Source: Anaerolineae bacterium
GTDB lineage: Bacteria; Chloroflexota; Anaerolineae; B4-G1; SLSP01
DNA length: 38,328 bases
Assembly: GCA_040774145.1 (NCBI GenBank)
Contig: JAXGUU010000003.1
Span: 1 to 38,328 of the forward strand
Reading direction: 5' to 3'
Shown: piece after piece, positions 27,346-36,019 of the stretch
How positions within the stretch are numbered: the stretch's first letter is position 1
Layout of the letters: the number at the start of each line of letters is the position of its first letter
Made by a program: the position numbers and the translations under genes
The notes under the pieces: generated by a model
What the model saw: only the letters and a program-made list of their open reading frames with translations
The model's database searches: none
Told to the model about the DNA's origin: nothing

Positions 27346-27753
27346 ATGGGTCAAGGCAATATCGAACGGAAACCATCGCGCACCGATCAGGAGCGCGAGC
27401 TTCTGGGTTGGCTGCGGGATTTCCTCTCGCAATTTGAGTTAGCGTGGAAACTGCTGTGGGATCGGCGTGTTTCGTTTTTCACGAAGCTGGTGCCGCTCGC
27501 ACTCCTCGGTTACCTGTTGATGCCCTTCGATCTCGTGCCGGATGCGCTGCTGGGCTTGGGGCAGGTCGATGACCTGGTCGTAGTTCTGGTGGGCATGCGT
27601 ATGTTTGTCTCGCTCTGCCCGCCCGATGTGGTTGCCGACCTGGGAGGCGTGGTCGTCGACGAGGACGAGGATCTACCCTCGCCGGTCACGGAGATCGTCG
27701 ACCTCGAGCCTGAGATGCTTCCTGACCCGGCCAAGGACGATGTGGCGAACTAG
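27346..27753 (+). CDS. YkvA/DUF1232-family membrane protein
   Basis: LAWKLLWDRRV...GYLLMPFDLVPD..LGLGQVDD signature; AGGAGG RBS before ATG 27346; acidic tail. Confidence 0.88.
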   Translation: MGQGNIERKPSRTDQERELLGWLRDFLSQFELAWKLLWDRRVSFFTKLVPLALLGYLLMPFDLVPDALLGLGQVDDLVVVLVGMRMFVSLCPPDVVADLGGVVVDEDEDLPSPVTEIVDLEPEMLPDPAKDDVAN

Positions 27754-27770
27754 CGCCGACAGCTGAGACG

Positions 27771-28565
27771 CTACGTTGCCCGCTCGAAGAAGGGGGCGAC
27801 GGTGTCGCGCACGGTGGTTAGGAAGTCGTCCTCGTCGAGGACGACGAAGTCAAGCGTCCATCCGATCGGCAGCATCCCCTCGAACTCCTCCAGGAGTTCG
27901 TCCATGAGCCTCTCCTGGGCCTCGTACGCCATCCCCTCGTAGAGGGCCACACCGATCACATGGCGTGGGCCCGCGGGCGCCATATGCAGGCGGAAGAAGT
28001 AGGCGGATTCGATGGAAGGGTAGTGGCCCAGCGTCTCACGAATCGAGCGCCACCAGCCGGCGGGCGGGCTCTCATCCGGCGGTGCGATGAGCACGGTGGT
28101 TCCGTCGGGTGGACCGGCGGTCATGCCGTCCGCGCGATCGAGCGCGCCCTGTGCGATTGCCGTGAACGTCTCTCGATCCATGCGGCGCACGTGGTCACTG
28201 CCGGGGTTGAGGAGCAGTTCGTCGATGTCGTTCTGCGTCGCGATCAGGACGAGGTCGAGCCCCCTGAGCGCGACGAACTCCGCATCGTCGGGTGCCCAGT
28301 CGAGCGCGGTCTCTTCGTCGGTGAAGGCGACGAGCACGGATGCGCCGGCGTCATTTTCGAAGGTGACGAGCGGGATATCCTCCTCGAGATCGTCATCCTC
28401 GCCCGTAGCTTCGGGCGAGGGCGGCGCAGGCAGGAGTAGCTGGCTGCCCAGCAGCAGCTGGTGGAAGGTCGCGCGCTGCTCGGCGGTCTCCTCTCCCGCC
28501 AGGGTCTGCATCAACGCGATCAGTTCCTGGTTAGCGAACTCAAAGGTCTCGTCTGCATCGGGCAT
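27771..28565 (-). CDS. SseB-family protein (SseB plus SseB_C-like domains)
   Basis: LLGSQLLLP, VLVAFTDEE..W, LLLNPGS; C-terminal IESAYF...LDFVVL; very acidic. Confidence 0.75.
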   Translation of the reverse strand: MPDADETFEFANQELIALMQTLAGEETAEQRATFHQLLLGSQLLLPAPPSPEATGEDDDLEEDIPLVTFENDAGASVLVAFTDEETALDWAPDDAEFVALRGLDLVLIATQNDIDELLLNPGSDHVRRMDRETFTAIAQGALDRADGMTAGPPDGTTVLIAPPDESPPAGWWRSIRETLGHYPSIESAYFFRLHMAPAGPRHVIGVALYEGMAYEAQERLMDELLEEFEGMLPIGWTLDFVVLDEDDFLTTVRDTVAPFFERAT

Positions 28566-28633
28566 AGTCCTCGGTCCTTTCAACGGTCGATGTCCTCATA
28601 AGCGTCGTACTTGATGAACAACGCCTCGGAGGT

Positions 28634-30166
28634 CTAGCGGCAGGGATGGTAGTCCTGACCGAGGATCAAGCGCAGTTTGACGTCATCGCCGGCCGTGCTC
28701 CCATAGGTGACGTGGGCGTCGTCGACGCCGAAGATCTCCTGCACGGTGGTGAGCCCGGTGCCCTTGGCGTGTTCCCCAAAGACCTGGATCAGGGTCTGCG
28801 GATAGACCTGCCCATCCGTCTCGCCCAACACCGGGGTGAAACCATAGCTGTACAGCCGGTCCGCCGCCAGGAGGTCCCAATCGCTGCCCCATGATCTGTT
28901 CCATATCTCCACCTTGATCGAGGCCAGCGCCGCGCGACTGGGGGAGGGGGGCAGCATAGCACGGTCGATCAGCGGGCCGAGCGTCTCCCACCGGGGCAGG
29001 TAAACGCCGCCGCCGTGGATGGTGACGTAGGGTTCCACGTGCGCTCTGCCGATATTGTAGAGCGAGACCTGCGAAGGTTCGATCTGGGCCGCGATTATGC
29101 CCAGGGTGAGGATCTCACCGATGCCCAGATCGGTCTGGACCAGCTTGCCGTACTGATCATAGAGTTTGGGCACCATGGTGAGCAGGCCACCCTCCTTGGC
29201 CTTGCGCCAGATAGCTTCCAGGACCTGCTGTTGGCGCTGCTCGCGGTCGAAGACGCTGGTGGTCTTGCGGGTGCGCGAGTACCAGAGCGCCAGTCGCCCA
29301 TCCATGTGGCGGATCCCGGGTTCGAGGACGAGCCAGTCATACTCACCCTCATCGTTGGGATAGGGCCAGTAGTCCTCGATCCTGCAGTGAACGGGTACCT
29401 CGATCCCGCCCACGATATCGACGATGTCCTTGAGGCCCTGAAAGTCGACCATGGCGTAGAAGTCCGCCGTGATACCCAGGTTGTAGAGCAGCGTTTGGTT
29501 GAGCAGGCCGAAGCCGCCGCCGTCAAATCCGTAGCGCTCCCCATACATATCGGCGACGTTGATGCGTGCCAGATTGAACTGCGGAATATAGACATAGAGG
29601 TCCCGAGGAATGGAGAGCAGGGTCACGGACGGCACCTTCGGATAGATGATGGCGTATTGGATGGCATCCGTATTCCAGTGCTCCCAGTCGGGGCGCCGGT
29701 CGCTGCCGAGCAACGCGATGGTCAGGGCCTCCTCAGAGATCGGGTAACGCGGTACAGGCGTCGGGATAGCATAGGTCTCGGAGATGCTCTGCGTCGGGAG
29801 GACACCGATGGGCACGGCGGTCGGACGCCTCAAAGGAAGAGACGTTGGTGTCAGCGCCGGCGAGGGCGTCGCCGTCGGTGTGGCGGTCTTCGTGGGCGTC
29901 GGCGTCCAGGTGGCGGTGGGCGTTGGCGTGGCGGTAGGGGGCGGCGTCTGGGTGGGTGGCGAGGTGGGAGAGGGCGTCAGTGTAGGCGTCGTGGGCAGGG
30001 ATGTCGGGGTGATGACGCGCGGGCCATTGGCCGACCTTATGGCTGGGGACGCGAAGGCCAACTCCGTGATGCGCACCAGGAACACGATCAGGACGATCGT
30101 CAGTGTAGTACACAGGAGGATCAGCGAAATCCTTACGATGTTAGGGCGCTCGCGGTCCGATGGCAT
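28634..30166 (-). CDS. LCP (LytR-CpsA-Psr) family protein with Pro/Thr-rich linker and LytR_C-like domain
   Basis: N-terminal TM helix, TPT repeats, LLGSD, LLSIPRDLYV, RIN, VDFQG..IVDIVGGI, ALWYSRTR, REQRQQQV; C-terminal VEIWN..AADRL..GF. Confidence 0.9.
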   Translation of the reverse strand: MPSDRERPNIVRISLILLCTTLTIVLIVFLVRITELAFASPAIRSANGPRVITPTSLPTTPTLTPSPTSPPTQTPPPTATPTPTATWTPTPTKTATPTATPSPALTPTSLPLRRPTAVPIGVLPTQSISETYAIPTPVPRYPISEEALTIALLGSDRRPDWEHWNTDAIQYAIIYPKVPSVTLLSIPRDLYVYIPQFNLARINVADMYGERYGFDGGGFGLLNQTLLYNLGITADFYAMVDFQGLKDIVDIVGGIEVPVHCRIEDYWPYPNDEGEYDWLVLEPGIRHMDGRLALWYSRTRKTTSVFDREQRQQQVLEAIWRKAKEGGLLTMVPKLYDQYGKLVQTDLGIGEILTLGIIAAQIEPSQVSLYNIGRAHVEPYVTIHGGGVYLPRWETLGPLIDRAMLPPSPSRAALASIKVEIWNRSWGSDWDLLAADRLYSYGFTPVLGETDGQVYPQTLIQVFGEHAKGTGLTTVQEIFGVDDAHVTYGSTAGDDVKLRLILGQDYHPCR

Positions 30167-30241
30167 AGACGGCGGATGAGTCCTTTCCCCAAGTCGGCCT
30201 AGCCTGGCGGGTGCACCGGAGCCTGTGCAGAATCAGGTCCG

Positions 30242-30269
30242 TTGACCCTTCACTGTGCACCAGTATACT
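30242..30269 (+). promoter_or_regulatory. sigma70-type promoter for nudC
   Basis: TTGACC-16 nt-TATACT. Confidence 0.55.
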
Positions 30270-30315
30270 TCACGGACGCAAAATCGTCGAGTTGTCCAGA
30301 GGAGTGCACCAGCGT

Positions 30316-31302
30316 ATGGATACCTTTACTGTGGCTCAGCGAAATGCTTTCGTCTCACACGCGATCGCCCGTGTCCACGACCGCCGTCCGGATGATGCTT
30401 GGCTGGCGGAGCGCTTAGCGGATCCTGCCACACGCTTTGTCGTGATCTGGCAGGACCAGGTTCTCCTGGACGCGGGAGACGCTCCGCATCTCCGCCGGCT
30501 GACGGCAGCGGAGGTCGCGGAGCTGCAGACGAGATGCCCGGGCCAGGGCGAGGAGACGGTGTTGCTGGGCGATCTGGGCGATGTGACCTACTTTGGGCTG
30601 GGGCTGCACGATGCGTGTCATCTGCACGGGGCGTCCGAGCCGTCGAACCATACGGAGTTTGCCGGCAGGTTCGTCGATCTACGCAGCGCCGCTTCGCTGC
30701 TGGATCCGGACGAGGGCGCACTGGCGGCGCAGGCCAAGGCGATGGTTCATTGGCATCGCCAGCAGCGCTTCTGTGGGCGGTGTGGAAGTCCCACGCAGAG
30801 CGAGCAGGGGGGATATGCGCGACGCTGCTCCGACCCGGCGTGTGCGCAGGTGCATTTTCCCCGCGTCGACCCGGCGATCATCGTGCTCGTGACGCACGGT
30901 ACGCGCTGCCTTCTGGGTCGGCAAGCCACGTGGCCCAAGGGCCGCTACTCCAATATCGCCGGTTTTGTGGAGCCTGGCGAGAGCCTGGAGACGGCGGTCG
31001 CCCGTGAGGTTTGGGAGGAGACAGGGATCACGATTGAGGGGTTGCACTACCATTCATCACAGCCGTGGCCCTTTCCACAGTCGCTGATGGTGGGTTTCGT
31101 AGCTCGGGCGTCGTCGACGGAGATCGAGCGCCACGATGGGGAGTTGGAGGATGCCCGTTGGTTTACGCGCGAGGCGATCCGCGATGGTCTCGTGAAGGGA
31201 GAGTTGGGACTGCCCTCACCCACCTCGATCTCCTTCCACCTGATCGAGGACTGGTTCGATGAGGGGACCTGCGGGAAGTTGGCGGCGTGGCTCTCGGGTT
31301 GA
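30316..31302 (+). CDS. nudC: NAD(H) diphosphatase / NAD-cap decapping Nudix hydrolase
   Basis: Zn ribbon WHRQQRFCGRCG...CSDPAC, FPRVDPAIIV, Nudix box AGFVEPGESLETAVAREVWEETG, NudC signature SQPWPFPQS; ATG after GAGGAG. Confidence 0.95.
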   Translation: MDTFTVAQRNAFVSHAIARVHDRRPDDAWLAERLADPATRFVVIWQDQVLLDAGDAPHLRRLTAAEVAELQTRCPGQGEETVLLGDLGDVTYFGLGLHDACHLHGASEPSNHTEFAGRFVDLRSAASLLDPDEGALAAQAKAMVHWHRQQRFCGRCGSPTQSEQGGYARRCSDPACAQVHFPRVDPAIIVLVTHGTRCLLGRQATWPKGRYSNIAGFVEPGESLETAVAREVWEETGITIEGLHYHSSQPWPFPQSLMVGFVARASSTEIERHDGELEDARWFTREAIRDGLVKGELGLPSPTSISFHLIEDWFDEGTCGKLAAWLSG

Positions 31303-31934
31303 TCTTATCTGCGGCTGAGGGTGGCGCGACGTCCTGGACGACCGTGGAGGTGCGGTGGTTTGTCCGGGACAAGGCGCCCGCGTGCCTCACGACGTGGTTC
31401 GCAGACGACGATCCCGCCACTGACATCCAGTCGCCGCGAGTCGATCACTACCTGCGCTTGCCGGAGATCGACGGGCTGGGGATCAAGGTCCGTGAAGGGC
31501 GCCTCGAGATCAAGCGGCGCTATGCGAGCGAGTCCGCCGTCCTGACGCCGCGAGTGGCAGGGCTTGTGGAGCTCTGGCGCAAGTGGGGTGCGGGCCCGGT
31601 CGACGACGACAGCTCCTTCGCGGGTGATGCGGCCTGGGTCGCTGTCGAAAAGACGCGCCGGTTGCGCACCTACCGCGTCGCGCCTGACGGCACGATTGCC
31701 CCATCGGGTCGGTCGTTGACGCCCAGTGGTGAGTGCTCGGTTGAGCTGACCGAGGTGGTCGTTAACGGGCAGCGCTGGTGGACGCTGGGCTTTGAAGCGC
31801 TGGGTGAGGAGGCTGCACTCAGGCGCACACTGGATGCCGTTGCCCGGCACGTGCTGGACGAGATGCCGGAGACCTCACTCGCCCTCGATGCCTCGTACGG
31901 CTATCCGCGGTGGCTGCAGCTGGTCGCCGGCTGA
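31299..31934 (+). CDS. CYTH-like (triphosphate tunnel metalloenzyme) domain protein
   Basis: EVRWF, RVDHYL, GIKVREGRLEIKRR, VEKTRRLRTY, ELTEV, GFEA beta-strand pattern; start uncertain (TTG 31299 overlapping nudC stop, or GTG 31287). Confidence 0.6.
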   Translation: MILSAAEGGATSWTTVEVRWFVRDKAPACLTTWFADDDPATDIQSPRVDHYLRLPEIDGLGIKVREGRLEIKRRYASESAVLTPRVAGLVELWRKWGAGPVDDDSSFAGDAAWVAVEKTRRLRTYRVAPDGTIAPSGRSLTPSGECSVELTEVVVNGQRWWTLGFEALGEEAALRRTLDAVARHVLDEMPETSLALDASYGYPRWLQLVAG

Positions 31935-33326
31935 TTACTTGAGGATGTAGTAGGTCCCGCGCTTGCGCCCGACCTTGAGCAATACGCCTCGCTCAACCAG
32001 GTCGACCAGGTCGAGACGCAGGGTCTCAGGGCTGACATCGGGACAGAGCTCCTGGTAATCACGGCTGCGAATGCGTTCGTGCTGTTGCACGTAGCCGAGG
32101 GCCTTGGTCTGTCGCTCATTCATCGTCAGGTCGGCGGCGACCTTGGGCAGTGGCTGTCGTTCGACCTTGGCCTCGAAGATGACGGTGAACAAACCCTCGT
32201 TGGCCTTGAATCTGGGGATCGGCTGTCCGGCGTTCACCATCTCCTCGATCATCAGGTCAACGCCCATCCCCAGTTCCTCGATGTAGCCCCACTGAAAGAG
32301 ACCGGTGACGATGCGCGGATTGCGTGAGAAGTGCTCGTCGACGATGTTGTCGACGGTGATGTAGCCCGGCAATCCCCCGGGGCTGACAATCTCGAGACGG
32401 TCTGGAAACATCTTGACCTCGATCTCGCGCCCCTGGAGCCGGTAGTCGCGATGGGCGACGGCGTTGACCAGGGCCTCGCGGATGGCGGTCGGGGGATAGA
32501 TCCACTGCTCCTCACGCTTCAGGCCACGGACGACGGCCCCGATGTGGATCTCCTCCTTGAGGATGTCCCAGGTGCGCTTGATGGTGTGTGCCAGAGGTCC
32601 GCTGATCTCGACGCGTCGACCGTAGCTCGCCTCGCCGTCAGCCCGGCGCAGTTGGGTGCCCGCAAAACGCACGAAGGTGACCCCGCAGCGGGGTAGGTAG
32701 CTTGCAGGGTTCTTGCCGAAGAGGAGCATCCCGCCGACGGTCGGTTGACCACCGGGCAGCAACCAGCCCATCTCGATCAATAGATCATCGAGGGGGCGGG
32801 TGATCTGTCGCCCCTGGCGCTCCTCCCACACCTCCACGAACTCGCGGAGCACGGCGTCATCGAGGTCGTCGCGACCGGCACCCGCGACCGGCGCGGTCTC
32901 ATAGTCGCCGGAGGAGCGGGTGTTGGTGACCTGCAGAACCTGCTCTCGCGAAAGGGGGCGATTCTCGGCCCCGGTCCTGACCAAGACGCGCCCATCGTCC
33001 AGCGTGTGCAGGTCAGGGCTGCGGTGGACGCGCCCCACAAAGACAAAGCGCCCCCCGGTCTCGAGCTGTTCCCAACTGACCAGGATCGGCGGACGGCAGC
33101 GGAGCTCAGCCTGTTGCGTGATGCTGTCGAGGTCCTCGGGGTAGACCTCGCCTGTGGGCCTGCCCTTGGCATCGACCCCGATATAGATGGTACCGCCATC
33201 GGCATTGGAGAAGGCGACCAGGGTCTCGGCGAGCAGGTCGACATCGCTCTCCGAGAAGAGCGCGACCAATTGGCTAGAGCCGGGGTTGAATCGTTCCTGA
33301 TGCGTGCTCTCTCTTCCCGTTGTCAT
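31935..33326 (-). CDS. Schlafen/AlbA_2 + HATPase_c_4 (RecG-C-like) + C-terminal wHTH protein
   Basis: LAETLVAFSNADGGTIYIGVD, AIREALVNAVAHRDY, DRLEIVSPG, SRNPRI, IEELGMGV, C-terminal NERQ...DLVDLVERG..GRKRGTYY. Confidence 0.85.
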   Translation of the reverse strand: MTTGRESTHQERFNPGSSQLVALFSESDVDLLAETLVAFSNADGGTIYIGVDAKGRPTGEVYPEDLDSITQQAELRCRPPILVSWEQLETGGRFVFVGRVHRSPDLHTLDDGRVLVRTGAENRPLSREQVLQVTNTRSSGDYETAPVAGAGRDDLDDAVLREFVEVWEERQGRQITRPLDDLLIEMGWLLPGGQPTVGGMLLFGKNPASYLPRCGVTFVRFAGTQLRRADGEASYGRRVEISGPLAHTIKRTWDILKEEIHIGAVVRGLKREEQWIYPPTAIREALVNAVAHRDYRLQGREIEVKMFPDRLEIVSPGGLPGYITVDNIVDEHFSRNPRIVTGLFQWGYIEELGMGVDLMIEEMVNAGQPIPRFKANEGLFTVIFEAKVERQPLPKVAADLTMNERQTKALGYVQQHERIRSRDYQELCPDVSPETLRLDLVDLVERGVLLKVGRKRGTYYILK

Positions 33327-33370
33327 CGCGCCTATGTCCTCATCTCGTTGGTCGACCCGCCCTGAGGGCC

Positions 33371-35917
33371 TCACTCATCCGGTGTCGTGGCCTGGATTCC
33401 CTCATTGTTGCGTTGCCCGTTGTCGTCTCCCTGCTCATGACCGGCGCCCGCGAGCAGCCGAGCTACGGACGCCACCGCATCCTTCTCTTTGAGATCCATC
33501 ATCCGCACACCACGTGAGTAACGGCCCATCACGGGGACCTTGTCGATCTGTGTGCGCAGGATAATGCCTGATTCGGACATCAGCGTGAGCTCATCCTCGT
33601 CCTGCACCACGCGCCCGTCCACGACGGGACCGCTGTCGTCGCTGACTTTGTAGGCTCTCAAGCCCTTGCCGCCGCGTCGCTGGGCGGTGAACTCCTCAAG
33701 GTCCGTGCAACGGCCATAGCCCTTCTGCGAGGCCAGGAAGAGCTTTCCACCGGGCTCGATGACCTCCGCAAGGGCGACTCGATCCCCCTGTATCAGGCGA
33801 ATGGCCCTGACGCCGGCGGCGGTCCGGCCCATCGCGCGGACGTCCTGCTCGTGGAAGCGGATCGCCTGACCCTGCTCGGTCACTAGAATGATCTCGTCGT
33901 TGCCTCGGGTGAGGCGAACCCAGCCGAGGACATCGCCCTCGGCGAGGTGAACCGCGATCAAGCCGCTGGGTCGGACCGACTCGAACTCGCTGAGGGCAAC
34001 ACGCTTGGTGGTGCCCTGGCGGGTGATCATCGTGACATAGCGCGCGTCCTCAAAGTCAGGCACGTTCACAATAGCGGTCACGCGCTCCTCCGGCGCAATA
34101 GCCAGAATCCCCGCCAGCAGGGCTCCCTTGGCGGTCCGTCCGACATCGGGAATCTGGTAGACCTTCTCCTGATAGACCTTGCCGCGGTCGGTGAAGAAGA
34201 GCAGGGTGTCGTGGCTGTTGGCCGAGATGAGCATCTTGATCTCGTCCTCGTCATTGGTCGCCATGCCAAGTACCCCACGACCGCCGCGATGCTGGGCTTT
34301 GTAGACCGACCAGGGCACCCGCTTGATATAGCCGCGTCCGGTCAGCGAAACGAGGACGTCCTCCTTGGCGATGAGGTCCTCCTCATCAAAGGAGCCATCG
34401 ACGTTGGGCAGAATCTGGGTGCGGCGCGGATCGGCGTAACGCTCACGCAGCTCCAAGAGGTCCTTGCGGACCACGTAGCGCTGCTGATGGGGCGAGGCGA
34501 GCAAGCCCTCTAGATAGGCGATGGTCTTGAGCAGTTCCGCATACTCGTCCTCGAGTCGCTGGCGCTCAAGGCCCGTGAGGCGGCGCAGCTGCATATCGAG
34601 GATCGCCTGAGCCTGCGCCTCGCTGAGCCCAAAGCGCTCGATGAGGCGCGCCCGCGCCATCTCGACATCGGGTGACTCGCGGATAGTGCTGATGACGGCA
34701 TCCAGATGATCCAGGGCGATGAGCAGCCCCTCCAGAATGTGGGCCCGTTCCTGCGCCTTGTTGAGATCGTATTGGGTGCGGCGGATCAGGACGTCGATGC
34801 GGTGATCGAGGAAGACCTGCAGCATACGCTTGAGGGTAAGGACCCTGGGCACGCCGTCGACGAGCGAGAGCAGCTGTATACCAAACGTGGTCTGCAGGGG
34901 CGTGTTCTTGTAGAGGCGGTTGAGCGCCTTCTGTGGCTGCGTGCCGCGCTTGAGCTCGATGACGATGCTCATGCCCTGCTTGTCCGACTCGTCGCGTAGG
35001 TCGCTGATCTCATCGAGACGACCCTCGCGGACCAGTTTGGCGATGCGCTCCAGCAGACCGCTCTTGTTGACCTGATAGGGGATCTCGGTGACGACGATGC
35101 GGAAGCGATTGCCGGGCATCTCCTCGATGCCGGCGACGGCGCGGACCGTGGCCTTTCCGCGTCCTGTGGCGTAGGCGCTGATGATGGAGCCGTTGCCAAG
35201 GATCTGTCCGCCGGTTGGGAAGTCGGGGCCCTTGATGTGGTCCATCAGCTCTTCGACGCTGATCTCCTCGCGGCGTTCCCAGTTGTCCAGAATGTAGACG
35301 AGGCCGTCAACGGTCTCGCCGAGGTTGTGGGGCGGGATGTTGGTGGCCATCCCCACAGCGATGCCGGAGGAGCCGTTGAGGAGCAGGTTGGGCAGTCGCA
35401 CGGGCAGGACGGTGGGTTCTTCCAGGCTGCCGTCGAAGTTCTCGGCCCAGTCGACCGTGTCTTTCTCAATGTCGCTGAGCAGCTCCATGGCGATGTGCGC
35501 CAGTCGGGCCTCGGTGTAGCGCATCGCGGCGGGTGAATCGCCGTCGACCGACCCGAAGTTGCCCTGACCATCGACCAGCATGTAGCGCATCGAGAAGTCC
35601 TGAGCCATACGGGCCATGGCCTCGTAGACGGCGCTGTCGCCGTGGGGATGGTACTTGCCGAGGACCTCGCCGACGATGCGGGCCGATTTCTTGTGGGGCG
35701 TGTTGGGACGCACGCCCATATCGTGCATAGCGTAGAGAATGCGGCGCTGCACCGGCTTCATACCGTCGCGCGCGTCGGGCAAGGCGCGTGCAGCGATGAC
35801 GCTCATCGCATAGTCGAGATACGCGGTACGCATCTCATTCTGGATGGCGACGGGGCGCACGGTGCCGATGTCGGTGTTCAGCTGTGAACCTTCGACGTCA
35901 GAGAACTCTGCTTCCAA
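33371..35917 (-). CDS. gyrA: DNA gyrase subunit A
   Basis: [34 protein letters not shown], catalytic AAMRYTE, GyrA-box QHRGGRG, beta-pinwheel repeats; TTG start after GAGG. Confidence 0.98.
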   Translation of the reverse strand: MEAEFSDVEGSQLNTDIGTVRPVAIQNEMRTAYLDYAMSVIAARALPDARDGMKPVQRRILYAMHDMGVRPNTPHKKSARIVGEVLGKYHPHGDSAVYEAMARMAQDFSMRYMLVDGQGNFGSVDGDSPAAMRYTEARLAHIAMELLSDIEKDTVDWAENFDGSLEEPTVLPVRLPNLLLNGSSGIAVGMATNIPPHNLGETVDGLVYILDNWERREEISVEELMDHIKGPDFPTGGQILGNGSIISAYATGRGKATVRAVAGIEEMPGNRFRIVVTEIPYQVNKSGLLERIAKLVREGRLDEISDLRDESDKQGMSIVIELKRGTQPQKALNRLYKNTPLQTTFGIQLLSLVDGVPRVLTLKRMLQVFLDHRIDVLIRRTQYDLNKAQERAHILEGLLIALDHLDAVISTIRESPDVEMARARLIERFGLSEAQAQAILDMQLRRLTGLERQRLEDEYAELLKTIAYLEGLLASPHQQRYVVRKDLLELRERYADPRRTQILPNVDGSFDEEDLIAKEDVLVSLTGRGYIKRVPWSVYKAQHRGGRGVLGMATNDEDEIKMLISANSHDTLLFFTDRGKVYQEKVYQIPDVGRTAKGALLAGILAIAPEERVTAIVNVPDFEDARYVTMITRQGTTKRVALSEFESVRPSGLIAVHLAEGDVLGWVRLTRGNDEIILVTEQGQAIRFHEQDVRAMGRTAAGVRAIRLIQGDRVALAEVIEPGGKLFLASQKGYGRCTDLEEFTAQRRGGKGLRAYKVSDDSGPVVDGRVVQDEDELTLMSESGIILRTQIDKVPVMGRYSRGVRMMDLKEKDAVASVARLLAGAGHEQGDDNGQRNNEGIQATTPDE

Positions 35918-35976
35918 GGATAACTACCTCTCAGGTATGTCGATATTAAGGAAACTGAGGGGACTTCCGAAGCATC

Positions 35977-35982
35977 ATTATA
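35977..35982 (-). promoter_or_regulatory. -10 element upstream of gyrA
   Basis: Consensus TATAAT on minus strand about 60 nt upstream of the start; weak -35. Confidence 0.5.
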
Positions 35983-36019
35983 CCGCAAACTGGGGCGCTG
36001 GCGAGCGCAGAAGCGCGTG

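Noticed and set aside
29800-30015. Low-complexity repetitive DNA
   Set aside because: Encodes the Pro/Thr-rich linker of the LCP protein; not a CRISPR array or tandem DNA repeat
31935-33326. Anti-phage defence island around the Schlafen-like gene
   Set aside because: Neighbours are housekeeping genes (gyrA, nudC); no integrase, restriction-modification, toxin-antitoxin or other defence genes seen
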